The position numbers and the translations under genes were made by a program. The notes under the pieces are model-generated. The model worked only from the letters and a program-made list of their open reading frames with translations, was not told where the DNA came from and made no database searches. This document shows positions 23,601-36,693 of a stretch of DNA of 64,000 nt, piece by piece. This stretch comes from Eledone cirrhosa (Eukaryota). The DNA lies in contig OZ024743.1 of the NCBI GenBank assembly GCA_964016885.1, forward strand, positions 286,254,001-286,318,000. Reading direction: 5' to 3'. Numbering within the stretch: position 1 is the stretch's first letter; the number at the start of each line of letters is the position of its first letter.

Positions 23601-25979
23601 TTTCTTTATTGGCCACAAGGGCTGACATCAAGAAAAACATCACAGACGGAACAGGACGGTACGATGTGGGTTTTGTGCGTGTAAATATTTTTATTATTTA
23701 TATAAGAAAAGAAAAAAAACATAAAATATATATATATATAAACGATAAAATGAAAATTGAAACAATGAAAAATTCCCCAATAGGGAGGAAACCTCCGAGG
23801 GCTACTCGTGGCGAAAACCACAAAAAAGACCACGGCCACCCTGACCACCAGGGCAAGCGCCCTCTCTCAATTTTTCCATTTCTCAAACTACAGACGTATA
23901 TTCAGAGTGGTCTCGTTCACTCGGACCATTCTCGCTACATTCACCCACCTTTCAACAAACTTGCTAGAAAGCAGCACTTGCCTCTCCACCCTGATTTTCC
24001 TCTTCAAGTGAAACTTGAAAAAGTTAATCAGGGATTCGCCGAAGAGGAAAGTGTTTGTCTTTAATCCTTTTAACCTTGTCCACCACACAATCTGTTTCGC
24101 CATGGCCACCAGGCAGATGAAAACCGCCTGCCCTTCCTCCTCAAAGGACGACGGCGAGACCATCTGCACAATAGACTCAGTCGACAACCAGATCAGTCCC
24201 ACACGTGACAGCAACTGTTCGACATATCTCCACAAGTCAGCAATGCTCGGGCACTGAACGAGTGCGTGCACAACGGTTTCGTCGCTATTCGCGCATCTCG
24301 GACAGGCTCGGCTGACGGCACTTCCGTGCCTGTAGAGCTTATCTCGAACCGGCAGCGCTCCCCGGTAGCACTGCCAGGCCAGAGATTTTTGGAAGTTATC
24401 CATAGGCCCCGGGTTGAAAGTTCTCCGGAAGAGAGCAAGCAGCTGATCTTCTTCGACGCCCAGGATCTCTCCGAGAACGTCGTCGCTCTTCCCCTCCACT
24501 AGCCCTCTATAGAACGCCGAGGTGGATGTTCCACCGATACTGGTGCCCAACTGGGAGAGGGCAGTGAGCGCCTGGAGACATTCCAGTTTCCAAGCGCTAT
24601 CCCTCGGTCTTTTTCTGACCCAGGACTGCAGCTCCGTCAAGGAGACGAGCTGTGGGAAAATGTGCCTGGCGAACGGCGACCACACCCGTTCACCATCAAG
24701 GAAGCACCAGAGATGTCGCAGCCTCAGCGCATGTTTGCGCATCATCAGCCATGGCATGCTCAGTCCTCCACGCAACGGGTGTTGACAGCAGCTGGATCGT
24801 CTGACCATGGGAGCGCGTCCCTTCCACAAAAAGCGGAAGAGGAGGCGCTCCATTTTGGTGAGAGTTGGGCTGGAGCAAGGGACGACGGTGAGGCGGTAGC
24901 AGATGACGGATGCGATGTACGCATTCGCCACCTCCGCCCGGCCTTTCAGGGACAGCTTCCTCTCAGCCCATTTCTGGGTGAGGGAGGCCACTCTGCTCGT
25001 CACCTCGTTCCAGTTTTTCTCCATCTGGAGGTCCGGTCCGAACCAGACCCCGAGCAATTTACCTGGTCCGTCCGTCCAACGCCCCACGACGCTGTCGGAC
25101 GGCATGGACTTGCCTCTCCAGGTGCCTAGCTGCAAGCCCACCGACTTTTCCTGGTTTATCTTTGCTCCTGTCACCGTTTCGTATTCCTTGAGAGCGGTGC
25201 CGAGCATCTGGACGTGTCTGGTGCTCGACACCACCACGGTGACGTCGTCAGCGTAAGCCGACTCGTATTTCCTGCATCCTCGTTCTCGTGGGACGCCCCT
25301 CATCGCCTCCAGATTGTGCAGTAACGGCTCGAGAGCCAATACGTACAAGAGGGACGAGAGGGGACAACCCTGGCGGACTGAGCGCATGATGCTGAACGGC
25401 TGCGACAGGTGACCGTTCACCCTCACAACCGAGCAGATGTCGCTGTACATTGCTGCGATCCAACGCCTGAAAACGGGCCCGAAACCGGCTGCCTCGAGGA
25501 CCGCCGCCAGGTACCGATGGTCGACCCTATCGAATGCTTTGTATTGATCCAAGTTGATCAGGGCCCCACCCTTTCCAGGTTCCTGGCGAACGGCGACCAC
25601 ACCCGTTCACCATCAAGGAAGCACCAGAGATGTCGCAGCCTCAGCGCATGTTTATGTATTGATAAATGAGAAAGGGTCACTTACGTTGTTCGTGTTGTGA
25701 AGGGACAGTAGAACCGTCCCTTTCGCTGGTCATGGGTGTTTCCAAGAGGATGTCAGTGTATATCCTCTTGGTAACCGTCCCTCTGAAGTCTCCAACTGCG
25801 TTGGGGAATTTTTGTTTTAAAGGTTTGTATTGTTCTAATGAGATTTCGATGATACTTATGTTTGACGGGAGAGTTCTTGGTGTTGGTGGGGTGTAGTAAT
25901 TTTTTTCCGTGATGTCTGTGTGCTGCTTTATATATTTTATGAGCTCTTTTTTTGCTATGTTTATGGCTGTGTATTTTTT
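23599..25979 (-). mobile_element. Tx1 family D, 5'-truncated in ORF1 and internally rearranged
   Basis: RT C-half ORF 23888-25600 (YADD, CPRC); ORF1 C-terminus (KFPNAVGDFR...EQRK*) at about 25677-25979; APE missing. Confidence 0.9.
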
Positions 25980-26006
25980 AATAATAATAATAATAAGAAG
26001 AAGAAG
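25980..26006. repeat. Compound (AAT)n(AAG)n
   Basis: Read directly. Confidence 0.9.
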
Positions 26007-26377
26007 AAAACATTCAAAAGAGCTAAAAGAAGAGGATAAAATAAAACACGAAGCATGTAGTGTGTTGAGAACACGAAATATTTGGCTTTTACCCTTTAGT
26101 AGAACCTTGGAAATAATAGTCAGGATGTTAACAATAACTTACAAGCTTAACGTATGTTAGATAATATATGCATGCTTATGTAACTGTTTGTATAAATTGG
26201 AAGCCATGCTGCTGACATTTCGTTGTTCTATTGTGATATGTATCACCCAAGCCTTCTACAATAGCTTTATTTGGTTGCTTTGATGCAGCTGCTGTTCTTG
26301 ATTCTTGTTTTCTTTTGTGCATGTAATGCCTGTTTGTTTGTGTGTGCACATATGTGTGTGATTGTGTGTGATTGTGT

Positions 26378-26381
<4 letters not shown>

Positions 26382-26430
<49 letters not shown>
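26382..26430. repeat. (TG)n microsatellite
   Basis: Read directly. Confidence 0.95.
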
Positions 26431-26435
<5 letters not shown>

Positions 26436-26784
26436 CTATGCGAGGGCGTATATAAACGAAGAACGTTTATTCCGGAAGAAGTTTGATTATGTTTTTTGGC
26501 TTATTGGAAATAACCTGGTTCTCTTAAATAGCTAATGTATTTGCGAGTACGAATATGTATGTTTTTTTTTTTTTGTTTTTTTTCGTGTACAGGTATGCTT
26601 AACTATCCATAATAGAAGGTTTGATAGTGTCTAAATATGTTTAATCTACAATATGTTAATATATTGATACATTAATCTAGGAAAACAGCCAATGGTTCAG
26701 TCGATGAAATGAAAGACTGCCAGCTATTGTGTCAACAACATGAACGTTGGAATAACTTTGATTAATAAACAGCGCGAGTACTAC

Positions 26785-26823
26785 AAGAAGAAGAAGAAGA
26801 AGAAGAAGAAGAAGAAGAAGAAG
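26785..26823. repeat. (AAG)13 microsatellite
   Basis: Read directly. Confidence 0.95.
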
Positions 26824-27010
26824 AATTTACCACATTCTGAGAAGTGGTATGAGCATAAGCCAGAGGCGGTGATAGAAAACGATCAGGTGATGGTGCTGTG
26901 GTATTGAACCCTCCGATACGTCCTGAATATCTGAGGCTGCAGGTAGTGGTTTGATATTCATTTCAACAAACTTTCCAGTTAACTAACATCAATGACTGAG
27001 ACTCAAAGAG
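26824..27010 (+). mobile_element. Family E 3' fragment with internal deletion
   Basis: Matches about 23054-23135, then jumps to about 23461-23563. Confidence 0.88.
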
Positions 27011-27027
27011 TAATAACAACAACAATG

Positions 27028-27071
<44 letters not shown>
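27011..27071. repeat. (AAC/AAT)n spacer/target
   Basis: Read directly. Confidence 0.95.
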
Positions 27072-27073
<2 letters not shown>

Positions 27074-30000
27074 TTTCTTTATTAACCACAAGGGTTTACA
27101 TAAAGTAGACATTAAGGACAGTGCAGGACAATGCAGGACGGTACAAATGGGCATTTCTGCGTGTAAAAAACAAAAACAGAGGATGTAACAAAAATAACAA
27201 TGAAAATAACAATGATAAATTCCCCAATAGGGGGGAGACTTCGGAGGGACATTTGTGGAGAAAGCCCAGTAAAAAGCCACAATGCCCCTGACCACCAAGG
27301 CAAGTGCCCTCTCCCAGTTTTCCACCTTTAATTTACAGATATATACTCAGAGTAGGCCCATTCACTCGGGCCATTCTTGCTTCTCTCACCCATCTTTCAA
27401 CAAAATGCTGGGAAGAGAGCACTTCCCTCTCTACTCTGATTTTCCTTTTCAAATGAAATTTGAAAAAGTCAATCAGAGCATCACCGAAGAGGTAAGTGCT
27501 CGTCTTCAGCCCTTTCAAACGTGTCCACCATACTATCTCTTTCGCCATGGCCACCAGACAGATAAAAACTGCCTGCCCTTCCCGGCTAAAGGAGGAGGGC
27601 GGGGCAATCCTCACGATGGACTCAGATGATAGCCGGATCCGTCCTAAACGCGACAGCAGGTGTTCGACATAAACCCACAAGTCAGCAATTTTCGGACACT
27701 GGACGAGTGCGTGCAGGACGGTTTCGTCGCCCTGCACGCATCTCGGACATGCCCGGCTGACGGCACCTCCATGCCTGTAGAGTTTATCCCGAACTGGCAA
27801 GGCTCCTCGGTAGCACTGCCAGGCCAGAGATTTCTGGAAGTTGTCCATAGGCCCTGGCCCGAAAGTTCTTCCGAAGAGATTGGCTAGTTGATTTTCGTCG
27901 ACGCCTAGAGTTTCCCCAAGTACGTCGTCGCTCTTCCCCTCCACTAATCCTCTATAGAACGCCGAGGTGGAGTTTCCACCGATCACATTGCCCGATTGGT
28001 CGAGGGCTGTGAGCGCCTGAAGACATTCCAGTCTCCAGGCGCTCCCTCTCGGTCTTCGCTTGACCCAGGACTGCAGCTCCGTCAAGGAAACGAGCTGGGG
28101 AAACACGCGCCTAGCAAACGGCGACCACACCTGATCACCGTCGAGGAAGAGGTGGAGATGTCGTAGCCTGAGCGCGTGCCTGCGCTTCATCAGCCACGGC
28201 ATGCCCAGCCCTCCACGTAGCGGGTGTTGACAACAGATGGACCGCCTGACCATCGGAGCACGTCCCTTCCACAAAAAGCGAAAGAGCAAACGCTCCAGCG
28301 CAGTCAGGCGAGGCTTAGGACAAGGTACGACGGTCAGGCGGTAGCAGATGACAGACGCGATGTACGCGTTAGCAACCTCCTTCCGACCTTTCAGGGATAG
28401 CTTCCAGAGAAGCCACCCTGCTGGTCACCTCGTCCCAGTTTTTGTCCGTCTGGAGGTTCGGACCGAACCAGACCCCTAGCAATTTAACCGGTCCGTCCGT
28501 CCAGCGTCCGACGACGCTGTTGGACGGCATGGACCTGCCTCTCCAGGTGCCGAGCTGCAGGCCCACTGACTTTTCCTGTTTGATCATTGCTCCTGTCACC
28601 GCTTTGTATTCTCTTAGTGTAGTGCCGATCGCCTCGATGTGTTTGGCGTTCGACACCACTACGGTGACATCGTCCTAATATGCTGACACGGATCTTCCGC
28701 ATCCTAGTTCGCGCGGGACGCCCCTCAACGTCTCCAGTTTGTGCAGTAATGGCTCGAGAGTCAATACGTACAAGAGGGACGAGAGGGGACATCCTTGGCG
28801 GACCGAGCGCATGATGTTGAACGGTTCCGAAAGGTGACCGTTCACTCTCACCACAGAGCAGATGTCACTGTGCATGGCAGCGATCCAGCCTCTGAAGACG
28901 GGCCTAAAGCCAGCCGCCCTCAGGACTGCCGCTAGGTAACGATGGTCGACCCTATCGAAAGCTTTCGACTGATCTAAATTGATCAAGGACCCACCCGTGC
29001 CAGGTTCCCTAGCTACCCTCTCTACGATGTATCGCATAAGGTGGAGGTTGTCGTGGATAGATCTGTCGAGAATGAAGCATGTCTGCGCCTCTCCCACCAG
29101 ACCAACAACGACAAGCGCCAACCTCTTTGCTAGCACCTTGGCCAAAATCTTGAACTCTGTGTTTAGCAGAGTTATGGGCCGGAAATTATCTATGTTATCC
29201 CCCTTGTTCGGATCCTTTCTCAGCAGTGCCACCGCTCCTCGGCTCATAGAGCTGGGAATTCTCCCGTTCTGTTGCCAGTTGCAGTAGACGTCCGCCAAGA
29301 GGCCTCCGAACAAGTCTGGCATCTGTACGTAAAGTTCATAGGGCAGACCATCCAAACCAGGCGATTTACCCCTTGTGCAGCCAGTCATTGCCTCCCTTAC
29401 TTCAGCGGCTGTTATCGGCTTTTCGCAACACTTCGCCTCAGTGGCCGAGAGCCGCGGCAGTCCGTCGAGGTAGACACTAAAGTCCATCCCTCTACCCGGC
29501 CCCCCGCTTCCCCCGAACAGCTGAGCGAAGTGTCGCTGAAAAGCTTCACACATTTGCCCGGGATCGAGTAGCATGCGCCCGTCGTGGTCCACCAAAGACC
29601 GGATCGTGGCTTTGTTGCCACAACGCGCCTCCGCCACTCGGGCCCATTGAACGGCTTTCGTCCCCTCGTGTCTGAGAGCACGCACCCTAGCTCTGACAAC
29701 GCAGCCTTCGTGCTTTGCATTGAAGAATTGGTCAAGGGCCAATTTCGCCGCAAGCACGTCGGTCGCGATGCCTTTGCTAAGCGGCTCGTCTAATTTTCTA
29801 ACTAGTTCTCCCTCTGCTCTATTTTTCTCTATTGCTAAAGCCTTACTAAACCTAATGGATTCTATTCTAATCGCTCTTTTCAGAGCAAACCACCACTTGT
29901 TGTTGACGATGGCCCCCGTCAAGGCCCGCTTAACTAGTTCGCTAATCCGGTCTCTGTAGGCATTGCGCGCTGGTAAGGACACGTTTAGCTTTCAGTAGCC

Positions 30001-33000
30001 GGGTCCTCGTCTATGAAGCCTATCTAAGTCAAGCACACAGATCACGAATTTGTGGTCCGTGTAGCTGACTATCTTGAATTGTGGACAGCCTATGCTAGAC
30101 CTATCTATTTCCCTATAAAATACTCTATCTAGATATGATCTGGATGACCCTATGCGATTTGTCTAAGTCCACATTGGCACATTCGGGAAATCCAATCGGT
30201 ACCTGTCAGACAGTTCAAAACGCCTGAGCAGGTTGGTGAGGCTCTTGCACCCTCCACCCTTAACCGCTAATCCCACACAGTCCCAGCGTGCATCTAAGAT
30301 CCCGTTCCAGTCGCCCACTAACACTAAAGAGTGGGACGTTCCAAGAAAGGTCTCCAGACGCCGGAAGAAATCAGGCCGCCCTGCTCCTGTCGGGGCATAG
30401 ACGGCCACTAGCCTGAAAGCTTGCCCGTCTCCGCTGGTCACGTCCAGCACCACCAACTTACCATCTAGGTTCAGGAAGATGGCCCGTATGGCGAGATCCA
30501 AACCTCTCCGAAAAAGCACAGCAACTCCTCCCCCCGATCCAGGACGGCTGGGAATGCGTACACATCGTAGCCACCGAAGATCGGTGCGAAGGCCCGTGCT
30601 TCGGAGATTCTGGTCTCGCTGATGACCACTATATCTATGTTTAGTGACCTGAGGTCGTTGAGCAGGTGACCCTGCTTCCATGACGACCCCAAGCCACGCG
30701 CATTTATGCTGCCTATTCTGAGTGAGGTCATGTTTAAAATAGAGTGGAAAAGATGGGAAAGACCACTTACCGTACTTTTCGTAGAGGAAGGATGGTTTCT
30801 CCATCCCTTTTCACTTGATCGTCTGGTGAAGGGACCGTTGAATCGTCCTTTCGGCTGGTCGTCGGCACTTCTATGAGTATGTCCGAATATACTCTCCGGT
30901 TGACAGTCCCTCCTAGGTCTCTGAAATCACCAACTGCGTTGGGGAATTTCGTTTTAATGTTTGTGTATTGTTTCTGTGCTATTTTTAGCAGTCTTATGTT
31001 CGTTGGCGTTTTGATTGGTGCTGGTATTATGTAGTCGTTCTGTGAAATGTCTGTGTTCAATTATGTAAGTCATTAGTTACTTGTTGTGTATTTATTGCCG
31101 TGCATTTGTTTTTCTGGAGGTGGGGTGTGGTTCTGCTATTTTCTTGTTGTTTTTGCTGGGTGTGTGTGTTTTGTTGTTGTGTTTGCGATTTTGGTGCTTG
31201 TGGTGGTGGTGTTGAAGGTGTTGTTGTTGTTGGCGGTGGGGTTGTCGCCGGTGGTGATGGTGGTGCTAGTGTGGGTGGTGATTGGTGTTGGTGGTGTTGC
31301 TGCTGTGAGTCTCTTTGCAGTAGCCTTTACCCTTTTTTCATTTCTTTCCTCCCTTTTCGAAGGCGACGATGCGCTGCTTCTGCGTTTGTGCCTTCTTACG
31401 ACCTTTTGCCATCCCTCTCCCACCTCACACTCCATGTCTGATTCTGTGAGGTCGGGGAGGGTTACCAGCTCCACTCTTTCACTTGTTGTTGTTGGTGATG
31501 TTTGCAGTGGAGTCTCTGTTGCAGCTGCATTTGGTATTACTGTTGTTGTTGTTAATACTTCCACTGCTGCTGCTGTTCTTGATTTCCGTGGCATGGGTAT
31601 GGGTGCCACGGATCTATCGTTCCTGGTTGCCGCTTGTCCTATTGGTGGTAGCCGTGGAGCTGGTTTCGGAAGGAGGGGGGTTTTCTCCTTTCTCAGGGTC
31701 TTCTCGTTGCAGAAGGCCCTGAGGTGAGCCTTCGATCCACAGCGAAAGCATTTCGGGCGTTTTCCCTCAACACTTATGGGCAGTTGAGTGCCGTTATCGA
31801 AGTCTATCACATCCGGGATAGCTTCGATGCACTCCTGGTTGGTTTGGATTAATATCTCAATGGAGGTGCCGACCCAATCTTCTCTTACCTTTTTCTGTAC
31901 TTGCAGTACAGTTGTTTTGTCCTCGATTCCGACGAGCACAGACGCGGCCAGCCAAGAAGGGGGGGGGGGGTCAGTTTGACCCTCACAATTTTTTGCCCGC
32001 AGTATGAGGGCACCAACACCATTTCCTCGCTCCTTAGGGTCACTAAGGATTGAGCCTTTGCCTCCTGGGGTGTGGCAAAAAGCACGTCTACGGTGGCATA
32101 TTTCTTGCCTCGGGTGATGTGCGTTTCCCGCTGCCACACAGACCCTAAGGCTTTTTGTATTTGAGCCTCTGTGGCTCTTTCAACTCTACGGGATTTTGTG
32201 CTTACTGTACGGTACGTGACCGTACAGTGCTGTTGGGTTTCGAAAAACTTTTCGGCTGCCTTGCAGATTGCTTGGTGTCCGGTTTTCGTCACCATCTTCT
32301 TCGCTTCCTCTAATTCCTCATTTGTTATGAGGATGGTTTCCAGGTTCTTTGCGATACCTGCAAAGGAGATTGGTTTTTCTTTGCTGCTGCTGTTGTTGTT
32401 GCTGTTGTCGTCAGAGCTGCTGTTACTTTTGTTGTTGCTGCAGGTACTACGACTACTGCCGCCGCCGCTGTTGCTGTGGTTGTTATTGTTGTTGCTGCTG
32501 CTGCTAATGCTCTTGTTGTTTATGCTGCTGCTGATGCTGTTGCGGCTGCTACTGTTGTTTTCCTTGTCACTGTTGCTGCTTCTGCTGTTATTACGGCTGC
32601 TACAGCTATTATTCATGACGTCAGACGAATGAAATTGGTTTTCGTATTTCCCGCACACCTTTTTCGTCGTTGTCGTCGTGGAGAAATGTTGCACGCTTTC
32701 TACGTGATTTTTCTTTACTGGCGTCGCTTGCGAAAGAGAAGGGGGGGAGAGAGACACATTTAGAGAAGGGAGGGAGAGAGACAATCTTCTCTCTGATGTA
32801 GTGACAATTGAGGAAGAAGAAGACGGAATGAGTGGCAGTGACCTATGAAAATTCTTTTTCGTAGCCATGTTTTTTTCTTTGTTTAAAATAAATATTGGAC
32901 ACAAACCCCAATAAGCGGTTATTTAACCCCGAAGGGCCAAATAACGGGCAGAAAGGCCCCTCTCACAAGGAGGAGGGTGTTTTTGTCTACAATTTGGTTA

Positions 33001-33083
33001 AAGTTTTAAACAATTTACAATTGTTATAGCGGTCAAAATTTACAATACCTTACAGAGCCGAGCCTCCGTCAACCATAGCATTC
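27072..33083 (-). mobile_element. Tx1 family A copy 3, full length, more diverged, both ORFs broken
   Basis: ORF2 27333-30731 and ORF1 30767-32868 in pieces; both termini abut (AAT)n. Confidence 0.95.

Positions 33084-33119
<36 letters not shown>
33084..33119. repeat. (AAT)12
   Basis: Read directly; end of cluster. Confidence 0.97.
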
Positions 33120-33588
33120 TTAAATCTCTCTAGAGTTCAAACCTCCGGCGTTTATTAGTTTCAGTCATGTACTGGCCTATTTGATCGATAATCCGTAATA
33201 ATAGTTTTGATAATGTTTGAATAAGTTGTTTTAATTCGGGAATCATTAATCCGAGAAATTGTGAAAAATTAATAGTTTGATTAAAAATAAACAATCATGT
33301 TTCAAGCCTGGTCACATTCTGTGACTATAGACAAAGGATCCTAAAAATTACTTAACATTTACGTCCGGGATATGACCGGCCGCTTCCTTTTCGTGCCGGC
33401 CGCCATTGAAACATCAGGTGTCCTAATACTCGAACTGCCGGTATCCACTGCGAAATCGGGAGGAGTGTATCCCGCCCGATAAAGGAGCCCTATTAGATAG
33501 AGTTGCTGATGCAGCAGGTGTAATCGGTTCTTCTTTGTGGCAACACCTTCACCTTGTCTGAGACATAATTGAGATTTACCGTCTAGAC

Positions 33589-33906
33589 CAGGGGCATGTA
33601 AAAGGCGGCCCACGGGCCACAATCCGGTCCCCCAGACCAGTCAGAGTGGCCCGCAATGACCGTTTTTAATTTTTACTTCGTAGGCTTATTTAGAATTTTG
33701 TTCGTAACCGTAATACAATTTTCTGTTAGTTGACTGATACTAAAGGGCTTCACTAATAGGGTTATGTGTCTTATAATTTCCCAGTTCCATGTTATGGAAA
33801 GAAGTTGTGGTGAATCTTTGGAATAGACTTGATAAATATTAATGGCCCTAATAGTTGTTCCTATATTCAAAAGTGGCCCGTCAATGGAATATGTTGCACA
33901 CCCCTG
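33589..33906. mobile_element. Non-autonomous hAT (Charlie-like) DNA transposon
   Basis: Termini CAGGGG...CCCCTG; GCGGCCC/GTGGCCCG subterminal motifs; 8-bp flanks GTCTAGAC / GTTTAGAT. Confidence 0.8.
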
Positions 33907-34844
33907 GTTTAGATTATTGTTGTTTAACGACACATATATTCACGAAATGATAGAAACCTGTTTTGAAAAGGTTGGTGTGTGCCGATGACTAGTATATAAT
34001 AGATCATTACATTGCTAAATTAGACTTGGTTTATTAGAAACATCGGAATGATATAAAACTTAGGTAGAGTCTGCCGCTTCCTCGCCCTTTCCTTTACTTT
34101 CGTTATTTAATTTTTTTCTCGTTTCCGTTTTATTTTAAATATGTAAACATTGAGAATTGCAAATTTCTTTTGTTTTAAAATAAATCCGAAATTATGTTAT
34201 AAAAAAGTATATTTAATAGAACAAAATTAGTTCTTACATTTATAAGTTAATTATTTCGCTATAAACGTGAGTAAAGTGTGTGAACAAGAATATGGTGCAA
34301 TTGTATTCGGTGTCATACTACATCGTTGATGGTCTATAGCTTTGTTGAAGAAATAACGTTGCAGATTAAGTAATTCAGTGACTAGTAGGCACTTACAAAT
34401 ACTTTATTATGAATGGTAAATCTCTTAAGTCATTATCTGAATAGGCCCATTCACTGCAGTTGGTGAACCTAGACTTTAAACATTATTTTGAATAGAATAT
34501 TTGTTTTGGTTTCTAGCCAACAACTAACTGTAAGCGAACTGAAAGAGAATTCTGAAAAATTACTAAAATAAATTTAGCTACTACCTTGTTCTTCACACCA
34601 TGATTCTGTAACACACTTTTTGTAGTAAAGATAACTTCCAGCCATTACTTATGAGTGTACTTATATTGGTGTAACATAGTATAAAAGTAAAGAAAAGCTG
34701 AAAGAAATTAATTCGGAATTACTTTGAGGTAACCTTGTCTGGTCAACATTTTGATGTCATTTAGCAGATAACGTTAAGCTCTGCATACAGCATATACATT
34801 TTATAGTCATGCAAACCCACACGCATACCCTCCTCTCTCACACA

Positions 34845-34886
34845 CATACATACATACATACATACATACATACATACATACATACA

Positions 34887-34916
<30 letters not shown>
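34845..34916. repeat. (CATA)18
   Basis: Read directly. Confidence 0.97.
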
Positions 34917-34917
<1 letters not shown>

Positions 34918-35310
34918 TTATGCCTGTGATTATTGGAGCACTGGGATATGTTAGTAACTGCCTCAACACAAATCTTGAGAAGCTAGGCTTCACAGGAACA
35001 GAAAGAACACAACTAGTTAGGAAATTACAAGTACAATCCATTAATGGAACAGTAAAAATATGTAAAACATTCCAAAAATTTTGCATCTAATAACTGCATA
35101 TACACATGTACAGCTATTAAGCATATACACATGCACACATACAACTCAAAACATACACATCCACACATACAATAACATCCATATCTACACATGCATACAT
35201 ACATATCTACCTAGTTGATGTGTAAATTCTAATGAGAGAGTCTTGTGTCTATGTTAGAAACCGACTCTCTCTCTATTGGTAAAACTTTGTGAAATTATAA
35301 AACCAGAAGA
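34917..35310 (+). mobile_element. 3' fragment of an RLE-type non-LTR element (family G) inside (CATA)n
   Basis: [12 protein letters not shown]...GTVKICKTF* resembles the RLE C-terminus (IPIVIGALG..GTAR); CATA tracts on both sides. Confidence 0.75.
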
Positions 35311-35333
35311 ACATACATACATACATACATACA

Positions 35334-35367
<34 letters not shown>

Positions 35368-35387
35368 AATACATACATACATACATA
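35311..35387. repeat. (ACAT)n
   Basis: Read directly. Confidence 0.95.
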
Positions 35388-35488
35388 CAGAGTAACCCAA
35401 ATGTCATTAGACCATTTAAAATTTAATTCTTAATAAATAGAATAGCTATTATATTTTGAAATGGTATAGTGGCTTTTGGACTACCCTG
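35388..35488. mobile_element. Tc1/mariner-type MITE
   Basis: TA flanks; imperfect TIRs of about 30 bp, CAGAGTAACCCAAA... / ...TTTGGACTACCCTG. Confidence 0.7.
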
Positions 35489-35512
35489 TACACACACACA
35501 CACATACATACA

Positions 35513-36420
35513 ATGTAAACAGAGATTAACGTCAGGCTTAACGTCAGTTCAAACAGTTTTGAGTGTCGCATCATATCCCTCCGACATCTATGAACCACCA
35601 ATCATAGAAGCCCATCCATAAAACAAGTGTGTCTACATGAGGCAGTTAACATCATAAGAATTGGGAAGGAACTCTTTGAGAAATACTCCCTGCATGATAA
35701 CAAAAATCTCATATTCAGGGAAATTGCACAGCAATGCCGCAACGAAACCATGGATGAAATGTTGCATACCTATCAGCAAAAAATCATGTCTTATATTGCC
35801 AGAAAGTTTTAAAATGAGAGTAATATACAGATAAGCAAAGGACTAACAACTGGTATATAACTGAAGGATATGGTTTTGCAACCCAAGAACAGGAAATAAC
35901 AACGAAATACCTGATGCACAAAAGAGCTAAGGATGCAAGCAAAACACCTAGGTATGACAATAGATGCAGACTGCGGAATAAATGTCGAGGATGTCAGCCA
36001 CATCATAAGCAGCTGTCCAAAGATGTCATCACGATATTATCTACCTATAAGGCATGACGTAGGGGCCCAAAACATTATACAATGCAATTCGTAGAAAGGA
36101 AAGTACTAAGAATAAAAATATAAAACGTTAGTAATATGGAGAGTATATGCGTATATAATATGAAAGAGTACTGGTGGAATGTTCCAGTCAAAACCCCAAT
36201 AAAATGCAAACATACCAGACAAGGCATAATAATATAAGACAAAGAAATGAAGGTACGCAGAATAGTGGAAATAAGCTGCACAGCAGATGTCAATATAATG
36301 CTAGAGATTAGTGAAAAGGAGAACATTTATGCTGAACTAACGAGGAATCTGCAGATACTCCACCTTGACTATATCTTTAGATTTGTACCTATGATCATTG
36401 AGGCTGTTGGATATATTAAC
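35513..36420 (+). pseudogene. Decayed RLE-type retrotransposon fragment (zinc finger + endonuclease), G-like
   Basis: EDVSHIISSCPKMSSRYYLPIRHD, EYWWN, IVEISC, FVPMIIEAVGY; many stops. Confidence 0.75.
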
Positions 36421-36508
36421 TATAATAAAGTAAGGAGTGCGGGACTGCATCCAGAATATTTTTTTTATCCCGTTTGTAAAATAAGTTGGATTACTTTGAA
36501 TAAATAAT

Positions 36509-36693
36509 TGTTTCTACTTTAGGCACAAGGCCAGCAATTATCCAGTGCATTACTGGTACTTTATTTTATCGACCCCTTAAGGATGAAAGGCAAAGTCAAC
36601 CTCGGCGGGATTTGAACTCAGATCATAAAGGGACGTAACTATGCTTGAAAGCATGGCGTCCGACCCTCTACCGATACTGCCAATCCACCGCCC
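36509..36693 (-). mobile_element. Full-length tRNA-derived SINE (octopus-type) with 20-bp TSD
   Basis: A box TGGCAGTATCGG, B box GAGTTCAAATCC, core GCCTTTCATCC..GGGGTCGATAAA; GATTACTTTGAATAAATAAT at 36489-36508 and 36700-36719. Confidence 0.92.

Noticed and set aside
36600-36693. tRNA gene
   Set aside because: The A and B boxes belong to a SINE head with core, tail and TSD; no complete cloverleaf
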